This document shows, piece by piece, positions 8,560 to 15,260 of a stretch of DNA of 22,007 nucleotides. This stretch comes from Candidatus Omnitrophota bacterium (GTDB lineage: Bacteria > Omnitrophota > Gorgyraeia > 2-01-FULL-45-10), in contig JAQURV010000016.1 in NCBI GenBank assembly GCA_029004355.1, positions 1 through 22,007 on the forward strand, given 5' to 3'. The stretch's first letter is position 1. Each line of letters starts with the position of its first letter. The position numbers and the translations under genes are program-made. The notes beneath the pieces were generated by a model. That model worked only from the letters and a program-made list of their open reading frames with translations, did no database searches and was not told the origin of the DNA.

Positions 8560-9615
8560 TTAAAACCGCGGCACAAAAAACCAGAACACAAGACCTGCTA
8601 TAGTTCCGCATATCCACATAAGCGTCGCATATACCGCCGGAACGCGCGGCTTAACTATCTTGCATACCCCTAGTATCGAAGGCAGGCTTAAAGCCGGGCC
8701 CGTCAGAAGAAATGCCATCGCGGCGCCTGTTCCCATGCCGGACTCCAGGAACCCCCGGACGAGCGGTATCTCGACTAAGGTCGGGGTATACATGAATACG
8801 CCGATAGCCGAGGATAGCATGACCGGTAAAATGCCGTTGCCCAGGTATTTGATTATGACCGATGGGGGCAAAAATGCCTTTACGAGGCCCGCGCAGATAA
8901 CGCCCAAGAATATCAAAGGAAGCACCATCTTTACGAATTCCCACGAATACAATGCCATATTGACCAACCTCTTGCCAAAACCCTGATCTTCCTGCGATCC
9001 TCCATCGGCTTCCGTATCTATACGCACCGGTTCGGGTTCGGGAAGCCTGTTCTTAAAGATCCTGTCTGTGGTATATCCTACGAGGATCCCTGCCGTTACC
9101 GCAACCATAGCTCTTGCTACGGCAAACTTCCAGCCGAGAAGACCCAGAGTGAGCAGGATCGCTGCCGGGTTAAATGCGGGAGCGGCCAGAAGAAAGGTGA
9201 TCGCAGGACCAAGGCCTGCGCCTCTTTTATATAATCCCCCGAAGAGAGGAATGATGCTGCATGAGCACATCGAAAGGAGCGGCCCCCCGAGACCGGCCAC
9301 CGCGTACGGCGTAAAACCTCTGCCTGATCCCATAAGTTTGATGACTTTGTCTCTCGGCGCAAATTCCTGGAGCGCGCCGGCGGCTATAAAGGCCAGCAAA
9401 AGGCATAGCCATGAATGCTTTACATAGTCGATGATGGTAAAGACCAGGAACATGTGCACCGGTATCTTGTGCTCCTGCAAAAGTTGCGCGGTAATGACCT
9501 TGTTCTCGGCCATTGTGACCTTGACGCCCGTCCATGCCCCGGTCCATTCGTATACGATTATTACCGCGAAGATCAGGACCAGTATCGTTATCGCGAATAT
9601 CGTCCTTCTATCCAT
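8560..9615 (-). CDS. arsP: ArsP-like / DUF318 (YraQ) permease with a 'MCSCSIIP' motif
   Basis: About 8-10 TM helices with a two-repeat architecture. The Cys motif 'LSMCSCSIIPLF' resembles the ArsP 'TPFCSCSxxP' signature. It is paired with a TIGR00412-like thioredoxin immediately downstream. Confidence 0.7.
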   Translation of the reverse strand: MDRRTIFAITILVLIFAVIIVYEWTGAWTGVKVTMAENKVITAQLLQEHKIPVHMFLVFTIIDYVKHSWLCLLLAFIAAGALQEFAPRDKVIKLMGSGRGFTPYAVAGLGGPLLSMCSCSIIPLFGGLYKRGAGLGPAITFLLAAPAFNPAAILLTLGLLGWKFAVARAMVAVTAGILVGYTTDRIFKNRLPEPEPVRIDTEADGGSQEDQGFGKRLVNMALYSWEFVKMVLPLIFLGVICAGLVKAFLPPSVIIKYLGNGILPVMLSSAIGVFMYTPTLVEIPLVRGFLESGMGTGAAMAFLLTGPALSLPSILGVCKIVKPRVPAVYATLMWICGTIAGLVFWFFVPRF

Positions 9616-9617
9616 AA

Positions 9618-9920
9618 TTACCGTCTCTTCCTTGTTATTTTACAGCAGCCGCCCTCGATCCTTATAGCCTTGATATTGACCAGTCCGTCGGCGATCTTAT
9701 TGCGGGCGGATGATACGATCCTTGAGAATGTCGGTCTCGATATTTTGAGTCTTTTAGCCGCATCTATCTGTTTTAACCCGTCCAGATCGGCCAGCCTGAC
9801 GGCCTCAAATTCATCCAGGGTCAAACAGATACATTTAACCTTATTTAAGGGTTTGCAGATGGGCTTGAAACATCTCTCGCCCGGCAGGCATTTTATCCAT
9901 CTAGTCTTCTTCGGTCTCAT
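9618..9920 (-). CDS. DUF134 (UPF0251) predicted DNA-binding protein, Cys-rich; candidate operon regulator
   Basis: 'MRPKKTRWIKCLPGERCFKP...LTLDEFEAVRLADLDGLKQIDAAKRLKISRPTFSRIVSSARNKIADGLVNIKAIRIEGG' matches the DUF134 N-terminus plus a sigma-70 region-4-like HTH. It has seven Cys in 100 aa, including a vicinal 'GGCCK'. It is the first gene after the promoter/operator and sits 2 nt upstream of arsP. Confidence 0.65.
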   Translation of the reverse strand: MRPKKTRWIKCLPGERCFKPICKPLNKVKCICLTLDEFEAVRLADLDGLKQIDAAKRLKISRPTFSRIVSSARNKIADGLVNIKAIRIEGGCCKITRKRR

Positions 9921-9982
9921 CTATCCGCCATTATGAACATATGTTCATAATTAATTATACCACATCCCGGTGATTATGCAAA
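9921..9982 (-). promoter_or_regulatory. Sigma70-type promoter (TTGCAT-N16-TATAAT) with a perfect 20-bp palindromic operator over the +1 region
   Basis: The minus strand reads tTTGCATaatcaccgggatgtggTATAATtaaTTATGAACATATGTTCATAAtggcggatagATG. The -35 is at 9981-9976 and the -10 at 9959-9954. The palindrome TTATGAACATATGTTCATAA spans 9950-9931. The DUF134 ATG is at 9920. Confidence 0.55.
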
Positions 9983-11320
9983 TTATTTTTGGATCTTACG
10001 GAAGGCGTGCTTTATCTTTCTTTCCATTATGAAATCGTACCTAAGGTATAGACGCGTCCAGGCCGAGCGTTCCGTCGACATCCTGACGGCTTCGCGCAAA
10101 AACTCGTAGTCGACTCCTTTTATCTTAGGCAGGATGGGGGCGCGCGAGTAATCGCTGTGGGCCTTTATCAGAGAAAGGTCGTTCTTTATGCAGTAATCGT
10201 AAAGGTCGCTCCCCGGATGAGGCGTAAAGAACGCGGGGCTCATCCTGTACGGCTTTATCTTCCGTATCATCCTGACCGTATCCATGGCCTCTTCTCTTGT
10301 CTCCGTCGGGATCCCGAACATGTAGTTGGCCCACATCCTTATGCCGTGTTTCTTGCAGATCTTCGCGGCCCTGTAGTTCATCTCGGCGGTCGAGCCTTTT
10401 CTCAATAGTTTGAGTATGCGGTCGTTGCCGCTTTCGAAACCGATGAGGAACATGCCGAGGCCGGAGCTCTTCATGATCCTTATCATATCTTCGTTCTTGC
10501 AGATTATATCCGCCCTGCTCTGGCAAACGAACGGCGCCTTGAACCCGTTCTTTCTGTACTCTCTGCAGAATTTTTCGATCCAGCCCCTGTCTTCGGTAAG
10601 GCAGTCGTCGTGGAACATCATGCTTTGAAAATGATACCTGTCGCGGAGTTCGTTCAGTTCTTTGATTATATTGTCGACCGACCTGCGCCTTACCTTGTTC
10701 CCGAATATCTTGCGCTCGGCAGGCTGGCAGAAGCTGCAGTTGTAGATGCATCCCCTGCCCGCTATAAGCGTGACGAACGGCCTGTCCAGAAAGCTCTCTA
10801 TGGGCGATTCCTTGTAACGGAATAGTTCCCTGTCCGCGAAAGGAAGGCTGTTGAGGTCGGGGTGCTCGCCCGTTATCACCTTCTCCGCCGGGGCGCCCTT
10901 TTCGATATCCGCGAGCAGTTTTACAAAGCTCGTCTCCCCTTCGCCGATGATAATATGGTCGATGTAGTTATTCGATGTGAGTTCTTCCGGCATTATGCTG
11001 GGGTGCGGCCCGCCTATGACGACTTTTACGTTAGGCAGAGCTGCCTTGGCAGCCTTCGCCGCTTCAACGGCGTAGTCAAAATCGACGCTCATCATCGTTA
11101 TGGCTACGACGTCGGGAGAGAGTTCTTTCAGGTCCTTTTGAAAATCGTCCCACCCGGACAGCTCTCTTAGGTCTATGAGGTTCGTCAGGTGCCCGGCCCT
11201 TTTGGCGCAGGCGCTTAAATAGCAGAGTCCGTGGTGCAGCGAGCTAAAAGTTATAGGCTGCCTGGCCTTGGCAAAACCTGTTTCACCGACAGCCGGAAGC
11301 ACAAAGACTATCTTCAGCAT
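9983..11320 (-). CDS. Cobalamin-binding (class B) radical SAM enzyme
   Basis: The N-terminal Rossmann-like B12-binding region begins 'KIVFVLPAV...'. The radical SAM cluster motif is 'GRGCIYNCSFCQ' (CxxxCxxC), followed by 'GFESGNDRIL'. 445 aa. A TATAAT lies only 8-13 nt upstream of the ATG and there is no obvious SD. Confidence 0.85.
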   Translation of the reverse strand: MLKIVFVLPAVGETGFAKARQPITFSSLHHGLCYLSACAKRAGHLTNLIDLRELSGWDDFQKDLKELSPDVVAITMMSVDFDYAVEAAKAAKAALPNVKVVIGGPHPSIMPEELTSNNYIDHIIIGEGETSFVKLLADIEKGAPAEKVITGEHPDLNSLPFADRELFRYKESPIESFLDRPFVTLIAGRGCIYNCSFCQPAERKIFGNKVRRRSVDNIIKELNELRDRYHFQSMMFHDDCLTEDRGWIEKFCREYRKNGFKAPFVCQSRADIICKNEDMIRIMKSSGLGMFLIGFESGNDRILKLLRKGSTAEMNYRAAKICKKHGIRMWANYMFGIPTETREEAMDTVRMIRKIKPYRMSPAFFTPHPGSDLYDYCIKNDLSLIKAHSDYSRAPILPKIKGVDYEFLREAVRMSTERSAWTRLYLRYDFIMERKIKHAFRKIQK

Positions 11321-11346
11321 ATGCCAGTATTATAGAACAAAAAGGG

Positions 11347-11862
11347 CTATCCATACAAAGTTTTTAATTCTTCTACAGTCGGGTGCTCGGAATAATATTC
11401 ACCCTGCGGCCCGATAAATCCGTTGCCCGACCTTCTCAGCGTGATCGGCGTATAGCTGCCTTTAGAATTGGGGATATTGATAATCACCGTTCCCGGAGCG
11501 GTTGCCGTAATGGGTTGAGCCGCTTCTTGCGCGGCATAAAAGGGTTGGGTCACTACGGGCGGCAGGACAACGACGTAGCCCTGGGAGCAGGGCCTGTAAT
11601 AGACGCCGTCATAATAGTAGTAGGGCACACCCCTGACCACAACACTGCTGTGCCTCGGCGGCAAAGCCTCGACAATGGCGCCGGCGGTGAGGGCGGCCAC
11701 GGCAACGTCGAACCCGAGCCAACCGTGCTTATACCACCTTCCGCCGCAATAATAGTGCTTTTTGGAGTTGACGGGGCCCCACGCAAACGCTTCCTGGGAG
11801 CATAATACCATCAGAGAACAAATCACTATAGCTAACCGATATTTTAAGATATGTTTTAACAT
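11347..11862 (-). CDS. Secreted Tyr-rich hypothetical protein
   Basis: Signal peptide 'MLKHILKYRLAIVICSLMVLCSQEAFA'. Unusual Tyr-rich segments 'KKHYYCGGRWYKHGW' and 'VPYYYYDGVYYRPCSQGYVVVLPP'. The RBS AGGAGG precedes ATG 11862. Confidence 0.5.
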   Translation of the reverse strand: MLKHILKYRLAIVICSLMVLCSQEAFAWGPVNSKKHYYCGGRWYKHGWLGFDVAVAALTAGAIVEALPPRHSSVVVRGVPYYYYDGVYYRPCSQGYVVVLPPVVTQPFYAAQEAAQPITATAPGTVIINIPNSKGSYTPITLRRSGNGFIGPQGEYYSEHPTVEELKTLYG

Positions 11863-11917
11863 TTTTTGCCTCCTTTCAGGATATTAGACAACAAGGCAGG
11901 CAAAAAAGTTCCGCCGG

Positions 11918-12520
11918 CTACATTTCTAATCTCAATTCCTTATTTTTATATTGCAGTTTCACGGAGGTGCTTGTAATAGCGACAACCTTCGCGCTATCCA
12001 CTTCGTCGCCCACGGCTACGGTCTTACCGTTAATAATAGCCTTAGAGCCCATGATGCCTGCCAGCTCGAATTCACTTGCCGGTTTGGGCTGAGCGGCGGC
12101 GGCTGTTTTGGCCTTAGGCGATTTATCGAGTACTGCTTTCATGATGCCGGCGAAGGTCGGCGCGTTCCTGTATCCTACGACAGTATCCACGGTCTTGCCG
12201 GCCGCGCTGAAGAATATGACGGTGGGATATCCCCGCAGTTTATATTTTGAGAACGCGTTCTTATCGACCCCGCAATCCACCTTAACACAGATGAATCTTT
12301 CGGCCAGTTTATCCACGGTCTCATCCACATAAACATCTTCGTCGAGTTTTTTACACCAGCCGCACCATTCCGTGTAGAAATCGGCCATGACGGGTTTGCC
12401 TTCGGCCTTTGCCTTTTTGAACGCCCCGTCAAGGTCTGTTTCCCAGGAGATCGCCCAGGCCTCCGGACCCGAAGTCAGCACAAACGCGAATAATAGAAAC
12501 GCTGTTATGGTCTTTTTCAT
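11918..12520 (-). CDS. Secreted thioredoxin (CGWC active site)
   Basis: Signal peptide 'MKKTITAFLLFAFVLTSGPEAWA'. Canonical Trx motif 'FYTEWCGWCKKLD', with 'YPTVIFF' downstream. A C-terminal extension of about 70 aa follows. The start abuts the BASS gene stop as TAGATG, and the RBS AGGAAGG lies inside the upstream gene. Confidence 0.8.
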   Translation of the reverse strand: MKKTITAFLLFAFVLTSGPEAWAISWETDLDGAFKKAKAEGKPVMADFYTEWCGWCKKLDEDVYVDETVDKLAERFICVKVDCGVDKNAFSKYKLRGYPTVIFFSAAGKTVDTVVGYRNAPTFAGIMKAVLDKSPKAKTAAAAQPKPASEFELAGIMGSKAIINGKTVAVGDEVDSAKVVAITSTSVKLQYKNKELRLEM

Positions 12521-13471
12521 CTATGCGCCTTCCTGTTTTTCCGCCGGGTCAGGCATCCGGTTCCAGATGCTCGCCAATACGGCCGCGCTTATTATACACC
12601 ATGTGGCGAAGAGCGCATTGGGTATCGCGGCTTCCGCCGAGGCATATTTTATCGCAAGGACCGCGCCGAGGCCTGCGTTCTGCATGCCCACGCCTATGGC
12701 AAGCGTACGGCGCTGTTTCCGGTTGAATTTAAATAATATGCCCGCGCCGTAACCTAATACCAGCCCGGAGATATTGAGCAGGACCACCGAGATAAAGACA
12801 ATGACCGTGATGCCTCCAAGCGCTCCTCTGTTGAGCGCGACGACCAGGCCGCAGATGAAGGCTATGAATATCGTGGAGAACGCCGGGAATACGGGACGCA
12901 TCTTCTCGACGGGCCGTTTGAAATAATGCCGCGCGGTAAGGCCAAGGAAGAGCGGCACGATCACCATGAGCATGATGCTCTGCATCATGGGCCAGAACTG
13001 GATCGGCACGTATTCGTGGGCAAAGAAATACATGAGGGCCGGGGTAACGACCGGCGATATGAGCGTAGTACCCGTAGTGAGCGCGACCGACAGCGCGACA
13101 TCCGCCTCGGCTATGTATGACATAACGCCTGCCGCCATCGCGTCGGGGACGGCCCCCGCGAGGATGAGCCCGAAGGCAAGCGCCGGCGGGAGATCCAGGA
13201 GCCGCACTATGATAACCGCCGCGAGGGGCATGATGGTGAACTGCGCCAGTATTCCCAGGATAACGAGCCTCGGTTTTTTAAAGATGGGCTCGAAGTCTTT
13301 CACCGAAAGGAGCGCGCCTATGCCGAACATCGTTGCCGCGAAGAACCAGTCTATAAAAGGCTTGAGCGGGATAAAGGCTTGTGGGAAAAAGTAAGCCGCA
13401 GCCACGGCGATGACCACCCAGAATACGAGATAGTCCGTGAAATATTCGGCTATCCTGTTAATAAGATGCAT
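12521..13471 (-). CDS. Bile acid:sodium symporter (BASS/SBF) family transporter, in the BART superfamily like ACR3
   Basis: About 9-10 TM helices. Family-typical 'AIGVGMQNAGLGAVLA' and 'LILAGAVPDAMAAGVMS' segments. 316 aa. Confidence 0.75.
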   Translation of the reverse strand: MHLINRIAEYFTDYLVFWVVIAVAAAYFFPQAFIPLKPFIDWFFAATMFGIGALLSVKDFEPIFKKPRLVILGILAQFTIMPLAAVIIVRLLDLPPALAFGLILAGAVPDAMAAGVMSYIAEADVALSVALTTGTTLISPVVTPALMYFFAHEYVPIQFWPMMQSIMLMVIVPLFLGLTARHYFKRPVEKMRPVFPAFSTIFIAFICGLVVALNRGALGGITVIVFISVVLLNISGLVLGYGAGILFKFNRKQRRTLAIGVGMQNAGLGAVLAIKYASAEAAIPNALFATWCIISAAVLASIWNRMPDPAEKQEGA

Positions 13472-13484
13472 AGGGGCCCGGTTC

Positions 13485-13982
13485 TTAAGTTATGAACTGC
13501 GCCTTTACTTTAGGATGGATGAAATACATGATAACCGCCAGGTTAAATAATAAGGCTATGGTTATCGATATCACCATTATTACGTTGATCGACTTCTTTA
13601 CGGCCTCTTTCAGCCTGGCCATATCTACCTGGGCCGGCTTATAACCTTTCTTTTCGGCGGCAGCTTTGGCCGCGTCATTGAACTCCTGTTCGAATTGAGC
13701 CGAATAGACTTCACTGCCTTTCTTTATTGCGCTTGGCGCCGTTATCAAGGTCTCTGCCGATACCAATATCGCTATTACGATCACTCCTACGCGGGCCCAA
13801 TTCTTCAATTTTAATAAATAGACGGCCATTATGAAAGAGGCCGGCAGTATAATAAAATAGAAGTAATTCGAAAGCGGCGGGTTCACTTTTTGCGCTTCCG
13901 CGAGGCTCATGGCGCTCAGGACCGTCCCAATGATTATTACCCAGCTGAATATCGTCACTCCCGCAGGTCTCTTCTTATCCAT
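13485..13982 (-). CDS. Small polytopic membrane protein (hypothetical)
   Basis: Four predicted hydrophobic helices. The ATG at 13982 has RBS AAAGGGGG 5-12 nt upstream. The listed ORF begins one codon earlier at a GTG. No recognisable motif. Confidence 0.45.
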   Translation of the reverse strand: MDKKRPAGVTIFSWVIIIGTVLSAMSLAEAQKVNPPLSNYFYFIILPASFIMAVYLLKLKNWARVGVIVIAILVSAETLITAPSAIKKGSEVYSAQFEQEFNDAAKAAAEKKGYKPAQVDMARLKEAVKKSINVIMVISITIALLFNLAVIMYFIHPKVKAQFIT

Positions 13983-14016
13983 CACTGCCCCCTTTCCGCA
14001 TAATCCTTCGAGCTCT

Positions 14017-14541
14017 TTATTCCAGATCGTTCAGGATCTTTTTAATGACCTGAAATTCTTCTTTCGGGATAACGCCCGACCTGACGTAACGGACGGTCCC
14101 CGCCTTATCGATGATCAGGAAATTAGCCTCATCGACTGCCATGCCGTAGCTCTTTTCCATCGCGCCGTCCCAATCTCCGTATATGATAATGCCTTCTTTT
14201 CTGGAATTCTCGCGCAAACTCCGCTGCCATATGACCGGCATAAAAACCGAGCAGCGGATAACGGCTATCCTCATCACCTCTTTTTGTACCGCCGGAGATG
14301 ATCCCGCATAAAATGCATTCAGCTCCTCTTTAAGGGCCCTGTTCTTTTCTTTTGTATCTTTCGTTTCATAGAATATCGTGGCTACTTTATCTTTAAGCAT
14401 ATCGGATGTAAGGGTCTCGTTGCTGCCGGATACCACCCGAAAATACGGCGCTTTCTCCCCGTTGGTTATGCCGATTGCTGGGGCAGCCGATAAAACGATA
14501 AAGCATACGATTATTATAAATACGTTAAATAGTTTTGCCAA
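14017..14541 (-). CDS. Periplasmic thioredoxin-fold (redoxin/YtfJ-like) protein lacking a CxxC motif
   Basis: Signal-peptide-like 'AKLFNVFIIIVCFIVLSAAPAIG'. Redoxin-fold pattern ('KVATIFYETKDTK...', 'FLIIDKAGTVRYV'). The ORF contains no ATG start. The TTG at 14541 has an AAGGG RBS, whereas the TTG at 14586 has none. The boundary is uncertain by 45 nt. Confidence 0.45.
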   Translation of the reverse strand: MAKLFNVFIIIVCFIVLSAAPAIGITNGEKAPYFRVVSGSNETLTSDMLKDKVATIFYETKDTKEKNRALKEELNAFYAGSSPAVQKEVMRIAVIRCSVFMPVIWQRSLRENSRKEGIIIYGDWDGAMEKSYGMAVDEANFLIIDKAGTVRYVRSGVIPKEEFQVIKKILNDLE

Positions 14542-15091
14542 GGTTATAGGCCCTTTCGAGTAATTTAGCGTGTTTCTTAGCGTCAAAATCTGCGGCGCCT
14601 GTCGCCGTAAGCGTTTTTATCCTGACGTGCATATAATTGAAAAATGCCTTCATGGCCCGGACAGAACCCGTAACGATACCTAATAGATGGGAAAACGGAA
14701 AGGGCGCGTGACAGCTTGTTATCAGGATGACCTTACCCGGTTTTTTGGAAGGATAGACAGGGCCGAAGCGGAACTCTTTGAACATAGAATAGCCTCTGTC
14801 AAAAAATCTTTTGGCGCAGGAGGTCACATTGCTAAAATAGGTAGGCGAGCTAAAAACTACTATGTCGGCGTCCCGGATCTTGTCGGCAACGGCATTAAAA
14901 TCGTCTTCTATGATGCATCGCCCCGTTCGCTGGCAGGCGGAACAACCCCTGCATGGCTTTATTGTCAGATCCATAAAATAGATCTTCTCGGTAGAGGCGC
15001 CTCTGTCACGCAACCCATCGAGGGCAGATTCCGTTAATCTGTCGGTTACCTGCCCTTTTCTCGGTCCTGTTACGATCCCGATCGCTTTCAT
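14525..15091 (-). CDS. Iron-sulfur flavoprotein (Isf) / NAD(P)H-dependent FMN reductase family
   Basis: Flavodoxin-like 'MKAIGIVTGPRKGQVTD'. Compact cluster motif 'CRGCSACQRTGRC' (C-x2-C-x2-C-x5-C) typical of Isf. 'VFSSPTYFSNV' FMN-binding segment. ATG 15091 is preferred over GTG 15127, which would read through an AT-rich promoter-like tract. Confidence 0.7.
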   Translation of the reverse strand: MKAIGIVTGPRKGQVTDRLTESALDGLRDRGASTEKIYFMDLTIKPCRGCSACQRTGRCIIEDDFNAVADKIRDADIVVFSSPTYFSNVTSCAKRFFDRGYSMFKEFRFGPVYPSKKPGKVILITSCHAPFPFSHLLGIVTGSVRAMKAFFNYMHVRIKTLTATGAADFDAKKHAKLLERAYNLGKTI

Positions 15092-15260
15092 CTTTAAAAT
15101 AATTATAGCATATAAAAGAAAACCCACCTACCTTTTCCACTTCTCGTATATGCGGTAGATGGGCCAAACCCTACGAGGCTTATGGGCTACTGTCTAAATC
15201 CTCTCTCCCTTAGCCTCATATATAGTATAGCACATTTTTCGGTAAAATACAATGGTTCGG
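15092..15260 (-). promoter_or_regulatory. Intergenic region with two extended -10 promoters (TTGTAT-N16-TGcTATACT distal; TGcTATAAT 10 nt from the ATG)
   Basis: The minus strand reads ...cattgTTGTATtttaccgaaaaatgTGcTATACTatat... with the -10 at 15229-15224. It also reads ...tataTGcTATAATtattttaaagATG with the -10 at 15107-15102. No SD precedes the ATG, so the proximal promoter would give a near-leaderless mRNA. Confidence 0.4.

Noticed and set aside
10125-10751. 208-aa Arg-rich minus ORF and several + ORFs inside the radical SAM gene
   Set aside because: An out-of-frame overlap with a CDS that has a complete B12-binding domain and CxxxCxxC motif. The basic low-complexity translation has no domain signal.
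9983-11320. Identification of the radical SAM protein as ArsS (arsenosugar biosynthesis)
   Set aside because: ArsS-type enzymes lack the N-terminal cobalamin-binding domain seen here. Only the generic CxxxCxxC core is shared.
14542-14586. TTG start at 14586 for the redoxin-like gene, giving a 62-nt overlap with the Isf gene
   Set aside because: There is no RBS. The TTG at 14541 has an AAGGG RBS and yields a clean signal peptide. The exact start remains uncertain.
15092-15127. GTG start at 15127 for the Isf gene (MGFLLYAIIILK extension)
   Set aside because: The extension reads through an AT-rich tract containing a perfect extended -10 (TGcTATAAT). The ATG at 15091 gives the canonical flavodoxin-like 'MKAIGIV' N-terminus.
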